NCBI RefSeq assembly: GCF_000737315.1
Contig: NZ_JMCB01000008.1
Coordinates: 434,001-498,000 of the forward strand
Direction of reading: 5' to 3'
DNA: 64,000 nt
From: Hyalangium minutum
GTDB lineage: Bacteria; Myxococcota; Myxococcia; Myxococcales; Myxococcaceae
Below, in pieces: positions 1 through 9,679 of the stretch. Position 1 is the first letter of the stretch; each line of letters starts with the position of its first letter. The position numbers were made by a program, and so were the translations under genes. Under the pieces are notes generated by a model, which saw nothing but the letters and a program-made list of their open reading frames with translations, was not told the origin of the DNA and made no database searches.

Positions 1-1286
1 CCTTCACTCACTACTACCAGTCCGCTACGGCCGCCTCCCCGGGCCAGACCGTGACCTTTGACGTCACCGCCCTGGACCCTCAGTCCAGTACTCTGACGTT
101 TGCCTGGGCCTCCAACACTGGCTCGCTTGCCTCGGCCCAGCACACCGCCAACACCAGCCATGTTGTTTGGACGGCACCGGCCTGCGTGCAAACAGGTGTC
201 ACCCCCACCGTCACCGCTACCGTCACCAATGCCTACGGCTTGCCGGCCTCCAAGGCGTTCTCCCTTTCTGGCCTGCCGACGTGCGCGGCCGACTGGACCG
301 CTTCAGGCTCCATGTCCGTCGCCCGCCGGTTCCACACCGCCACCCGGCTCGTCTCCGGCAAGGTCTTCGTCACGGGAGGCGACGATTCGTCTGGCTATCA
401 CACCGCCGCGGACGTGTTCGATCCGGTCACCCGTTCCTGGTCCGCCGCGGCCCCCATGGCCGTGGGCCGCAATGCCCACGCCGCCGCCCTGCTCGCCTCC
501 GGGAAGGTCCTCGTCACGGGGGGCAACAATGCTGGCGCCCTTTCCACCGCTGCGGTGTACGACCCGGATACCAACTCCTGGTCCGCGGCCACCTCCATGA
601 CCACGGCCCGTTTCCACCACACCTCCACCCTGCTGCCCTCCGGCAAGGTGCTTATCGCGGGAGGCCTCAACTCGGCTGGCGGCCTTGCCACCGCGGCCCT
701 GTACGATCCGGCCACCAACTCCTGGTCCGCGGCCGGGTCTATGGCTTCGGTCCGCTACCAACACATCGCCACCCTGCTGCCCTCGGGCAAAGTGCTCGTC
801 ACCGGGGGCCCCGGCTCTCCCCTTGCCGCCGCGGAGGTGTACAACCCGGCCACCAATACCTGGGCCTCCGCCGGTTCCATGGCCACGGCCCGCCAGCTTC
901 ACACCGCCACCCTGCTCTCCTCCGGCAAGGTCCTCGTCGCGGGAGGTGATCAGCCTGGCCCCCTTGCCTCCGCGGAGGTGTATGACCCGGCCACCAACTC
1001 CTGGTCCGCGGCTGCTCCCATGGCCGTGGGCCGCCGGGCTCACGCCGCCGCCCTGCTGCCCTCTGGCAAGGTGCTCATCGCGGGAGGCCTGGGCACCAAC
1101 AGTCCCATGGCTGCTTCGGAGGTGTACGACCCGGCCACCAACTCCTGGTCCTCCACCGATTCCATGACATCGCTCCGCAACTACCACACCGCCACCGCGC
1201 TCTCTTCGGGCGAGGTTCTCGTCACGGGGGGCTACACGGCCCTCCACTCTGCCGTCACCTCCTCCACGGAGCTCTACAGGCCCTGA
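1..1286 (+). CDS. Kelch-repeat beta-propeller protein with preceding Ig/PKD-like segment, 5'-partial
   Basis: Reading frame is open from the window edge; about six repeats of R..H.A..L.SGKVL..GG...AEVYDPATNSWS. Confidence 0.9.
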   Translation, partial: FTHYYQSATAASPGQTVTFDVTALDPQSSTLTFAWASNTGSLASAQHTANTSHVVWTAPACVQTGVTPTVTATVTNAYGLPASKAFSLSGLPTCAADWTASGSMSVARRFHTATRLVSGKVFVTGGDDSSGYHTAADVFDPVTRSWSAAAPMAVGRNAHAAALLASGKVLVTGGNNAGALSTAAVYDPDTNSWSAATSMTTARFHHTSTLLPSGKVLIAGGLNSAGGLATAALYDPATNSWSAAGSMASVRYQHIATLLPSGKVLVTGGPGSPLAAAEVYNPATNTWASAGSMATARQLHTATLLSSGKVLVAGGDQPGPLASAEVYDPATNSWSAAAPMAVGRRAHAAALLPSGKVLIAGGLGTNSPMAASEVYDPATNSWSSTDSMTSLRNYHTATALSSGEVLVTGGYTALHSAVTSSTELYRP

Positions 1287-1406
1287 GCCTGGAAACGCCC
1301 TCTGATAACGCGTGTTTTCGATCGCGGGGATTGCGGCGAAGCGCGGGATCGTCCACGGCTGGGGACTCTCCGTCCGCCGCCGTGGACGGTTTGTGGTTAT
1401 AGGGGC

Positions 1407-1763
1407 TCACCGACGCACCCCCGCTCGCGTGAGGGCCTCAGCCAGGGCCTGGGCAGCGTCTCCCACGGCCTCCAGAGCGCGAGTCCCCTCAAACATGCTG
1501 CGCATGGCTTCGTCGTCGCCCACTTCGATGGAGAGCAGCTCGCAGGCAGCAACGGCCATGCTGAAGTTGTTGAAGGCCAACTTCACGGCCGCCGGCGTGT
1601 TCCCTCCGTACTCAGCGGCGATTTCCGCCACCGCCAGGTACCAACACTCGGTGGCCCGGCGCTGCGCCTCCCATGCCTCCCGGTAGTGCCGAGCCGCCTC
1701 CTTCAACTGCTGGGCCGCGTTCCGGAAGTTCGCCTCGGCCTTGTTCAGGTTGGGGGTGCTCAT
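1407..1763 (-). CDS. Hypothetical helical protein, 118 aa
   Basis: Clean ORF with ATG and natural composition, directly downstream of the tRNA 3'-half remnant. Confidence 0.6.
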   Translation of the reverse strand: MSTPNLNKAEANFRNAAQQLKEAARHYREAWEAQRRATECWYLAVAEIAAEYGGNTPAAVKLAFNNFSMAVAACELLSIEVGDDEAMRSMFEGTRALEAVGDAAQALAEALTRAGVRR

Positions 1764-1823
1764 TCCGCGTTCGCCCGCCGGGCCTTGGCAATAGCTTCCA
1801 TTGTTTTTACGAGGGGTTGCGAA

Positions 1824-1874
1824 GCACGCCGAGGGGGACTTGAACCCCCAACCCTTGGCTTCGAAGGCCGATGC
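1824..1874 (-). mobile_element. 3' half of tRNA-Arg(TCG), probable att-site remnant
   Basis: Minus strand reads GCATCGGC-CTTCGAA-GCCAAGGGTT-GGGGG-TTCAAGT-CCCCC-TCGGCGTG: anticodon arm, T-arm and 3' acceptor strand are present. No D-arm or pairing 5' acceptor strand upstream. Confidence 0.75.
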
Positions 1875-2474
1875 CGCTGGTTAGCGCCCTTCAGCTGCCA
1901 GCACGTGCCTACCTCGGGCGCATTGCTCGCGGCGGTGGTGCTGCGCACGGTGCGATGGGAGGCGATGCGGCTGCTGCTTCGCTTCTTCCGGGTACTGCTC
2001 TTCACTCTGGCGGCGCCCATGGGCCCCCAAAAGCGAGAGGGCCTGTCGCCGGGGTAGAGTCCCGACAACAAGCCCCTCTCAGGACAGCAGGCGCGGCCAA
2101 GCGCCAGCGCTGGCCTCACCCTCCGCCCAACAGGCTCACGCCGGACTCGCATCCGGGCATGAGTACCCCTATCGGGTGCTCGGGTGCGCATACAGCCTTA
2201 GCACGGCCAAGACCGGCCGTCCTAGCGCGCCCCGTGGTGCTCTACCCACCCCTGCGCGGGGTGGCACCCAGTTCGCACACGGGCTGCACAGGTTTGGCCG
2301 CCTGCGCGTGGCACGGCGTTACCCGTGCCCCCGTCACGCGCTCAACACTGCGCCCCTGCGCGCACGGGCGTCAAGAGGGTGCTCGCGGCCACCCCTTGTC
2401 GCGCAGTCCTCACGCGGGGTTACTGCGCAGGCACAGCAGGTGCTACGCGCGCGTGGGCCCGCGTGCGTGTCCTC

Positions 2475-3293
2475 CTAGTGAGCGCGCTGCGCAGGCACCG
2501 GAGGCACGGGGAGAGTGCTGCTCGGTTCTTTGGGGGTGGGGATGCTCGGCAGGTAGCACCGGCCCTGCCACTCATACCCGCGCGTCTTGCACGCCGCGCG
2601 GCTGTAGACGATCTGCACCCAGCACGCGCGGGTGCCGTCCTTCAGCTCAATCTCAAACTCCGTGCCGTCCTCGCAGGGGGCCTTGCGCTGGCCCTTGAAT
2701 GGGCGCGGCGGCAGATCCAAGCCCACTGCTGGGCGCTGCGCGTCCACCGCCCCCACTGGCAACGCCTCCGGCTCAGCAAGGGCCTCTTCCGCCACAGAGG
2801 CCAGAGCGGGCTGCTCAGTCTCCTCGGGAATGGGCTGCGCAGCCTTCCATGCGCGCGGGGCCAAGGCTGAGCACGCCAGCAGTCCGGCCAGAGCCGCCCA
2901 CTGCCAGCTGCGCATGCGCGCACGTGGGCGGGCGGCAGGCGCGCACAGGTGGGCCATGGCCTCGGGGTGGTGCTCCAGTCCCTCCAGCACGCAGGCCAGC
3001 GCATCCAGCCCGTCGTTCACCTGGCCGAGGGGGTTGGTGCCCTGGGGCGCGCGCTCCACCTCCAGCGCCACGTAGGGAGAGGGAGAGGTGCCCGCACGCA
3101 CGCGCAGGCGGTACTCCTCGGCGGGGGCGTAGTGGCCTGGGGCAGCAGCCGTCACAAGCAGCGCGGGGCGGCCAGTAGCGGACTGCCACGCGGTGTACAG
3201 GCGGCCCACGCCACCCTCGCCGCCGGTCGCGTTGCGCAGCCTGCGCAGTACCGTGTACGGCCCCACGCGGTTCTTCTGCCAGTTGCTGCTCAT
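2475..3293 (-). CDS. Myxobacterial membrane protein with degenerate kinase N-lobe-like start and C-terminal Cys domain
   Basis: Starts VGPYTVLRRL..GVGRLY (kinase-like) but has no HRD/DFG. TM segment WQWAALAGLLAC, then PPRPFKGQRKAPC..CW..C..YEWQGRCYLP. Confidence 0.7.
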   Translation of the reverse strand: MSSNWQKNRVGPYTVLRRLRNATGGEGGVGRLYTAWQSATGRPALLVTAAAPGHYAPAEEYRLRVRAGTSPSPYVALEVERAPQGTNPLGQVNDGLDALACVLEGLEHHPEAMAHLCAPAARPRARMRSWQWAALAGLLACSALAPRAWKAAQPIPEETEQPALASVAEEALAEPEALPVGAVDAQRPAVGLDLPPRPFKGQRKAPCEDGTEFEIELKDGTRACWVQIVYSRAACKTRGYEWQGRCYLPSIPTPKEPSSTLPVPPVPAQRAH

Positions 3294-3489
3294 GTTCCGG
3301 CCCTCCCTCGCATCAAGGGCCTTTCATGTACCACGGCGCACGCTGGGAGGTTGCGCGCCGTCGAAGGCGCTCCGCGCTCTGGGACTTGGTCTGCTGCTGT
3401 TTGTGTAGCTGTTGCTGCTCGTGTGTGGTTCCCGGGTCAGACTAGACGGCTCGGAGAAGCCTAGTAACCTCGTTGAGGCATATGAGCCT

Positions 3490-3807
3490 TCAGGTGGCGT
3501 TCAGCTCGTCCAACTCGGCCGTACGCGTCCACCCGTTCGTCGTCTTTTGGGACGCGGCCGCCTCCGAACAACTCCGTTTCCACCGCGTCGCCTGTCTTCG
3601 TGTAGAAGTTCTGGGCTGAAGAGCACTGTCACGGCCAACCGCCTGGGGCCGCATTGACCTCTGGACGATCAGGCGGAGTGTGGTTTCAGAACGACGCAGT
3701 TCGCGGAGGCCGATAAGCGCAAAGACCTCGGATCTCAGGGCAAGGCCCTGAAAACAGCAGCCCGGCGCCCACAGGTTCTCTACCTCCTGCGAGGGCCGGG
3801 CTTTCAA
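3490..3807 (-). pseudogene. Degraded fragment of a myxobacterial paralogous hypothetical family
   Basis: The stretch ENLWAPGCCFQGLALRSEVFALIGLRE recalls a recurrent myxobacterial family (from memory); the remainder does not look protein-like. Confidence 0.3.
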
Positions 3808-3989
3808 AACGACGAGCCCCCAGTTACCCAGGGACCGTACTCGTGGGCACGAGATTGGTCATTCTGGACACTGCACCTGCTCGTCGTCAACACGAGCCTT
3901 CGGGCTCCGTGCAGGGGGATCGTCTGCCCTGCGCAAACGCCGTGCTCTTGGTTTTAGAACCCATCGAGAGAAGCGCTGAGGAATACCTC

Positions 3990-4235
3990 ATGACCATTCT
4001 GACCGACGTCGTCTCACTCTTTTCTGTGCTGAAGGGCAACCCCGAGGCAGTCGCTCTTCTGGGGAATCTGCTCGACCGCATCGACCCAGGATGCTTGTTC
4101 GTTCTGGCCGTCTGCTTCTGGCGCACTCGTGAGCGATCCCCCACGTGCGGAGCGTCAACGGGCGCAGGCAAGCAGACGAAGAAAAGAGCCACACGAAGCA
4201 GCTTGAAGAAGAGAAAGGGGCCCACGAAGAAATGA
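3990..4235 (+). CDS. Small hypothetical protein with hydrophobic segment and basic tail
   Basis: GAGG Shine-Dalgarno before the ATG at 3990; 81 aa. Confidence 0.35.
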   Translation: MTILTDVVSLFSVLKGNPEAVALLGNLLDRIDPGCLFVLAVCFWRTRERSPTCGASTGAGKQTKKRATRSSLKKRKGPTKK

Positions 4236-4300
4236 TGGCGCCTCCTGTCCGCTGGCTGCTGCGTGAAATTTCAGGTGCGCACGGGTGCAATGCGAAGCGC

Positions 4301-4660
4301 CAGGCGGCGGTGAAATTTCAGGTGGTCGGGGACCAGGGAGCCGAAGGCCGCAAGGCCTTCTTCATCGAGATCGAGGCGCGACCCGGGCAGGAGGACGCGG
4401 TGGTGCAGATGCTGCGCGACATCCGTGCCTGCGTCGAAGACGAGCCCGCCACCGGCCCCTGGTTCGCGGTGCGGTTCTCGACGACGCGCTTCGGCATCTT
4501 CGAGGCCTTCCCCGATCTGGCGGGGCGCCAGGCGCATGTGGACGGCGGCGGCGGCGACATCTTCCGCGACATCGAGCGGATGAACACGATCCTCAATGTC
4601 GCAGCCCGGGTCCATCGGGTCGATGTACTGATGAGCAAGGACCGGTTCGCTCCTCTGTGA
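4301..4660 (+). pseudogene. 5'-truncated antibiotic biosynthesis monooxygenase (ABM) domain protein
   Basis: KAFFIEIEARPGQEDAV..WFAVRF....FGIFEAFPD..GRQAH is an ABM-fold pattern. No convincing start; codon style changes abruptly near 4300. Confidence 0.65.
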
Positions 4661-4716
4661 ATCCTCTCGTTCCGGCCGGCTTCACACTGAGAACGCTTCC
4701 AGGAATTCCCGAATCC

Positions 4717-5499
4717 CTAGACCGTCGGCACCGTCCCCCCGTCGATCAAGTGCTCCGAGCCCGATATCGAACCCGCGCGCGGTGACACCAGAAAGGTGAT
4801 CAGGTCGGCGACTTCCTGCGGCTTGGCCGGCCGCCCGAGCGGGATGCCGCCGAGCGATTGCATGATGATCTGCTTGCCGCCCTCGTAGTCCGTTCCGGCC
4901 TGGGTGGCCAGGCGCTCGGCCAGCGCAACGGAGGCTTCGGTCTCGACCCACCCGGGCGAGACGCGCAGCACGCGCACGCCCTTCGGTGTCACCTCCTTCG
5001 ACAAGGCCTTGCTGTAGGTGGACAGGGCGGCCTTGGCCGCTGCATAGGCCGTTGTCGATTCCGGCAGCGGCAGCAGACGCTGGATCGAGCTGACGTGGAC
5101 GATGACACCCGAGCCTTGCGCCAGCATGGCAGGCAGCAAGGCGCGGTCGAGCCGCACGGCCGGCATGAGGTTCCGGTTCAACGCATCGAACCACTGCGCA
5201 TCGTCCAAAGCCGCAAAACCACCACCCGGCGCGCTCGAGCCGCCGAGCACATTGATCAGGATGTCGACGCCGCCCCAACGCTCTCGCACCGACCGCGCCA
5301 CCTCGGCGACACCTTCGGCCGTCGAGAGGTCGGCCGCGACATACGACACGCCGGCGTTCGGCTCCGCGGGCACAGCGCGTGCGGTGGTCATTACCTGCAC
5401 GCCCGCAGCGTGCAGACCTTGAACGACAGCGGCGCCAATGCCTTTGGTGCCTCCCGTGACCAGCGCCCGCAGGCCTTTCAGTTGGAGATCGAAGCTCAT
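4717..5499 (-). CDS. Short-chain dehydrogenase/reductase
   Basis: TGGTKGIG nucleotide-binding motif and YAAAK catalytic motif. Confidence 0.95.
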   Translation of the reverse strand: MSFDLQLKGLRALVTGGTKGIGAAVVQGLHAAGVQVMTTARAVPAEPNAGVSYVAADLSTAEGVAEVARSVRERWGGVDILINVLGGSSAPGGGFAALDDAQWFDALNRNLMPAVRLDRALLPAMLAQGSGVIVHVSSIQRLLPLPESTTAYAAAKAALSTYSKALSKEVTPKGVRVLRVSPGWVETEASVALAERLATQAGTDYEGGKQIIMQSLGGIPLGRPAKPQEVADLITFLVSPRAGSISGSEHLIDGGTVPTV

Positions 5500-5825
5500 G
5501 CCGTGATCTCCAGCGATGCGATCAGACCCCGCTCCAGGCGGAACCGATACCGCAGATCGACCGGACTACCGGGGAAGTTGCCGGTGACGTGGGCTTGGAC
5601 GACCTGCGAACCGGCCTCGCGCTCCAGCGTGAACGGCTGCGTCGTGTACGTGTACTGGGCCGACGCCGCCGCCTTCCACGCCTTGATGGCGTCGAGGCCG
5701 ATGTGTGTGTGGCCTTCATCTTTGACCACGGCCTGAGCGGCAAAGCAGCGGGCCACGGCCTCGGGGTTCTGTGTGTCGGCGGCGAAGTAGGCCGCAATCG
5801 GCTCCGGAAGGGTCAGATCGTTCAT
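5496..5825 (-). CDS. SnoaL/NTF2-like protein
   Basis: [15 protein letters not shown]...[14 protein letters not shown]; stop overlaps the SDR start. Confidence 0.9.
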   Translation of the reverse strand: MNDLTLPEPIAAYFAADTQNPEAVARCFAAQAVVKDEGHTHIGLDAIKAWKAAASAQYTYTTQPFTLEREAGSQVVQAHVTGNFPGSPVDLRYRFRLERGLIASLEITA

Positions 5826-5921
5826 GGTGGTTCCTCGGTAGTGATGACCGGAGAATGCGCGCCCTGGAGAAATAAGAGAATCATATAGACTCTTCACAGG
5901 TTATGTAGAGGTGGCTACAGA

Positions 5922-6830
5922 ATGCGTGGATCGGAATTCGCCGAACTGAAGGCTTTTGCCGCAGTGGTCGAGCGCGCCAGCTTCGCGCGCGCAGCAGAGC
6001 ACCTGGGGGTGTCGCCTTCAGCGCTCAGCCAGACCATCCGCCTGCTGGAAGCCCGGCTTGGAGCGCGGCTGCTGAACCGCACCACGCGCAGCCTGGCGCC
6101 CACCGTCACCGGAGAGCAGCTGTACAGGCGCATCGCGCCTCTTCTCCGAGAGATGACCGAGGCGGTGGCCGAAGCCAGTGCAGCGGCCGGGCGAACGCGC
6201 GGCACGCTGCGCATCAACACGCTGGGGATGGCCGCCCGCCAGGTCATCGCGCCACGGCTGGGCCGGTTTCACCGCGCGCACCCGGAGGTGGCACTGGACA
6301 TCGTGGTCGACGATGCGCTGAGCGACATCGTCGCCGGCCGCTTCGATGCCGGCATTCGCGTGGGCGTACGTCTGGAGAAGGACATGGTCGCCGTGCGCTT
6401 GACGCCGGACGTGAAGATGGTCGCCGTGGCGTCCCCTGACTACCTCGCGCATCGCGGCATCCCGCGCACCCCCGGTGACCTGCATGGCCACGCGTGCATC
6501 AACTGGCGACTCCAAGTCGATGGACGTGCCTACCGCTGGGAGTTCGAGAAGAGGGGAAAGCGGATCGAGCTCGCGGTCGATGGCCCGCTGGTCACCAACA
6601 ATGCCGATGTCGGCGTTGCCGCGGCGCTGGAAGGGCTGGGCATTGCCTATGCGTTCGGCCACGAGGGCGTGGACGAGTACCTTGCCCGAGGAGAGTTGGT
6701 CCGGGTGCTCGCGGACTGGTCGATCGCACGACCAGGGCTGTTCCTGTACCACCCCAGCCGACGCCACTTTCCGGCTGCGCTGCGCGCCTTCATCGACTGC
6801 ATGCTGGACAAGGACATGCCCGCACCGTGA
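5922..6830 (+). CDS. LysR-family transcriptional regulator, divergent from SnoaL-SDR
   Basis: SFARAAEHLGVSPSALSQTIR HTH, RLLNRTTRS, CrgA-like substrate-binding domain. Confidence 0.95.
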   Translation: MRGSEFAELKAFAAVVERASFARAAEHLGVSPSALSQTIRLLEARLGARLLNRTTRSLAPTVTGEQLYRRIAPLLREMTEAVAEASAAAGRTRGTLRINTLGMAARQVIAPRLGRFHRAHPEVALDIVVDDALSDIVAGRFDAGIRVGVRLEKDMVAVRLTPDVKMVAVASPDYLAHRGIPRTPGDLHGHACINWRLQVDGRAYRWEFEKRGKRIELAVDGPLVTNNADVGVAAALEGLGIAYAFGHEGVDEYLARGELVRVLADWSIARPGLFLYHPSRRHFPAALRAFIDCMLDKDMPAP

Positions 6831-6849
6831 CCCGGATGGCGCTCACGCC

Positions 6850-6965
6850 AGCTCGAACACCACGTCCTGTGCGCCTTCCCACAGCTCCAGCTCGGCTCAG
6901 GGCGCGCGCGTCGGACAGCTCCAGCTCGGGCGCCGCGTACAGGTCCACCTCGGCACGGGGGACAT
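6850..6965 (-). mobile_element. IS91-like transposase 3'-end remnant
   Basis: Shares CCAGCTCGG..GGCGCGCGCG.CGGACAGCTCCAGCTCGGG with the remnant at 8277-8322, which is contiguous with a recognisable IS91 C-terminus. Confidence 0.5.
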
Positions 6966-7179
6966 ACCGTAGGACTCTCCAAGTCCTATTCAACTACCCG
7001 CCCTCTGCGAGCATGAACTTTCCAAGTCGGTGCGTGCCAGAAGACTTCGTAGGTCATAGGCTGGGATGGCATGGGACTTGTTAGGTCCTAAAATCTCGTC
7101 TGACGTATTGGTGTGTGCGCAACCTGTCCCGGGGAACTTGCGATAACTCCGATCACTCGGGCTGTGCCCGGGAGGCCCC

Positions 7180-7749
7180 ATGACCCATCACGCCAACTCT
7201 TGGCGCCTTAGGTGTGCTCTCCTGATCTGCGCCAGCCTGTTAGCCGGTGTGGGCTGTAGTTCGACGCAAGCTGCCCATCAGGGCACCGGCGGATCGGGCT
7301 CTGCGGATGGGGCTGCCGCATACGTGCAGGAAACCGCGCAGCGCGGGGATTCCATCGCGCAGGCTGCCCCCGCCCAATGCGGCCCGTTTGACAGCACCGT
7401 TTCCTGCTGCCTTAAGCAGCACCCGGGCGAGTTCGGACGCTGCGGGGCTATAGACCCTGGGAAGGCCCCCACGCGGGCACCCAAGCAAGCGCCCCGGACG
7501 GATCCGAATCCGTACCCGCCCCCCACTACGGATCCGTACCCGCCCCCCACGGATGCAGCCCCTCCCGACAGACGGAAGAGGGATCAGCAATGCCGCGAGT
7601 ATTGGAATCAGTGCATCGCGCTCGGAGGCGAGTACGAGAAGCGCGGGCAGCATGGCCGCACCATCTGCGCGTCCTGCTACGACCAGTGCATGGGGCTGGG
7701 CTACTGGCCCAAAGAGGTCAACGACTTTGAATGTCTCGGAGGCTTCTAG
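7180..7749 (+). CDS. Lipoprotein with Pro-rich linker and Cys-rich C-terminal domain
   Basis: GGAGG RBS; signal peptide with lipobox LAGVGC; PNPYPPPTTDPYPPP linker; C-terminal CxxxxxxC..CxxCxxxC. Confidence 0.8.
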   Translation: MTHHANSWRLRCALLICASLLAGVGCSSTQAAHQGTGGSGSADGAAAYVQETAQRGDSIAQAAPAQCGPFDSTVSCCLKQHPGEFGRCGAIDPGKAPTRAPKQAPRTDPNPYPPPTTDPYPPPTDAAPPDRRKRDQQCREYWNQCIALGGEYEKRGQHGRTICASCYDQCMGLGYWPKEVNDFECLGGF

Positions 7750-7751
7750 CC

Positions 7752-8252
7752 GTGGCCCTCCTTCGTTGGGAATGGTGGAACAAGGTTGCCGAGGAACGCC
7801 AGTGGCTCACCCTCGGAATGAGCTTCGCAGAAGTGCCTTTTGACGCCTACGTGGCCGCGCTCAAGGATCTAGAGCGACAGTTTGCACGAGAGGCGCGAAC
7901 TCCTGGCGAACGCCTGCACCTCAAGCGCCTGACGGCAGAGGACGCATTGAACGCGGCATTCAGGATGGATCGCCCATGGAAAGACTTTGGCCCGTGGCTG
8001 CGCAGGCTCAAACGGCTGGGCTTCCCGAATCTCTGGAGCCGCTATCAGATCTCGACGATCTATGTGCAGTCCTTGCACAACTTCCCGGAGCAAACCCGAG
8101 ACGCTTTTGAGATGTTGGCGGACACAAGGCGCAGGGTCTTGAGGCGACGCAAGGATCGTTCTTCGCGCCAACAGATGCTTGACGGGATCGAGCACGCCCG
8201 ACGCGAGGCAGCACAATACGGCATCCAGCCGCCCGCGAAATCGAAGCGGTAG
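7752..8252 (+). CDS. Hypothetical helical protein, partner of the upstream lipoprotein (immunity-like)
   Basis: GTG start 2 nt after the upstream stop; charged helical sequence; no signal peptide. Confidence 0.75.
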   Translation: MALLRWEWWNKVAEERQWLTLGMSFAEVPFDAYVAALKDLERQFAREARTPGERLHLKRLTAEDALNAAFRMDRPWKDFGPWLRRLKRLGFPNLWSRYQISTIYVQSLHNFPEQTRDAFEMLADTRRRVLRRRKDRSSRQQMLDGIEHARREAAQYGIQPPAKSKR

Positions 8253-8254
8253 GG

Positions 8255-8600
8255 CACGGGAAACGCCCGCACAATCCCAGCTCGGCCCCATGGGCGCGCG
8301 CGGCGGACAGCTCCAGCTCGGGCCGGTGGCGCTCGCCAGGACGGCAGCCATCGTCGCCGCTCCGGTCGCGGGAGGGACGGCCCTTCGCCTCATCGACTCG
8401 GGCCGCCCCCCGCACAGATCTCCGGCCCCCTTCTCGTACGCCAACACCCTGAAGCCTGCCTCCACACCTCAAGCACGCCAACACATCCAGGGCGAACGTC
8501 CTTTTCTGCAGCCCGGCCCAGTCCAAACCGGGGGTGCGCTCCTTCCAAAGGCTCCTCCACCCTCGCGGCAAAGGCGGGGCTCTCCTCCGTAAGCCCCGGC
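8255..8600 (-). mobile_element. IS91-family transposase C-terminal remnant
   Basis: Minus frame reads PGLDWAGLQKRTFALDVLACLRCGGR, the DW..LL.R.F..DV..C..CGG signature also seen at 26570-26640, 49810-49845 and 55060-55110. Confidence 0.8.
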
Positions 8601-8646
8601 TCCGCCCCTGCTTGAGGGAGCAACGTCCCCGGCCTCGGACGTGCAG

Positions 8647-9489
8647 TCAGAGCATCGGGAGCTCGGGCCTGGGCTCGGAGGCAAAGGCCTCGTCGATGAG
8701 CGAAATCTCCTCCCGCGTGAGTCGCAGGTCCGCGGCCCCCGCATTCTCCTCCACGTGCGCCACGCGCGAGGCTTTGGGGATGGCGAAGAGCGAGGGGCGC
8801 CGGGTGACGAAGGCGAGCGCCACCTGGCGGAGGGTGGCCCCGTGGTTGCGCGCGACCTGGACCAGCGCGCGCCCCCTGGGTGACGAGGGAGACGGGAACT
8901 GGCCGTGGCCGAGGGGGCTGTAGGCGACCATCGACACCCGGTGGTCCTCGCACCAGGGGAGGACGCGGTACTCGGTGGTGCGCTCCTCCAGGTTGTAGAG
9001 CACCTGGTTGCAGGTGATGCGCCCCTCGCCCGTGAACCCGAGCGCCTCCTCGAGGTCGTCCACGTCGAAGTTGCTCACGCCCCAGCTGCGAATCTTCCCC
9101 TGGTCCACCAGCCGGTCGAAGGCGCCGAACGTCTCCTCCAGGGGATACTTCCCCCGCCAGTGCAGCAGGTAGCAGTCCAGCCAGTCCGTGCCCAGGCGCT
9201 CCAGCGAGCGCTCACAGGCGCCCAGGGTGCCGCGGAAGCTCGCGTTGGAGGGCAGCACCTTGGAGACGAGGAAGACCTCGTCGCGCCGGCCGGAGATGGC
9301 CTCCCCCACCATCTCCTCCACCGCGCCGGAGCCGTACATCTCCGCGGTGTCCACGTGGGTCATCCCCAGATCCAGCCCTCGGCGGAGCGCCCGGATGGCC
9401 TCCTCCCGGTGGGCCTGGTCCAGGTACCAGGTGCCCTGGCCCAGCACCGGCACCTGCCAGCCGGTGGGGCCCCACGCGTGCGTCCTCAT
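8647..9489 (-). CDS. Aldo/keto reductase
   Basis: LGQGTW, DTAEMYG, LVSKV, D.YLLHW, WGVSNF, NQVLYNL, AYSPLG, IPKAS motifs. Confidence 0.95.
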   Translation of the reverse strand: MRTHAWGPTGWQVPVLGQGTWYLDQAHREEAIRALRRGLDLGMTHVDTAEMYGSGAVEEMVGEAISGRRDEVFLVSKVLPSNASFRGTLGACERSLERLGTDWLDCYLLHWRGKYPLEETFGAFDRLVDQGKIRSWGVSNFDVDDLEEALGFTGEGRITCNQVLYNLEERTTEYRVLPWCEDHRVSMVAYSPLGHGQFPSPSSPRGRALVQVARNHGATLRQVALAFVTRRPSLFAIPKASRVAHVEENAGAADLRLTREEISLIDEAFASEPRPELPML

Positions 9490-9679
9490 GCGGTACCTCC
9501 TCGTTGCCCGCAAAGGTTGGGCACGCCGCTCCCTCCGTGCAGGCGGAGGCCGTCACGACCCAGCGAGGGCTCACCGGTCCCGAGGCAGAGCCGCTCTGGC
9601 CGCCGGGCCGGGCCGGACGGACCTTCAGGCGGAAGGGACGGACGCTGGCGCCGGCGTGGCCGCCGGTGAGGAGGGCAGG

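Noticed and set aside
1824-1900. Complete tRNA-Arg gene
   Set aside because: The upstream sequence forms neither a D-arm nor a 5' acceptor strand.
1871-2470. ORFs in the CG-repeat-rich intergenic stretch
   Set aside because: Low-complexity translations with no start context; treated as non-coding or degraded.
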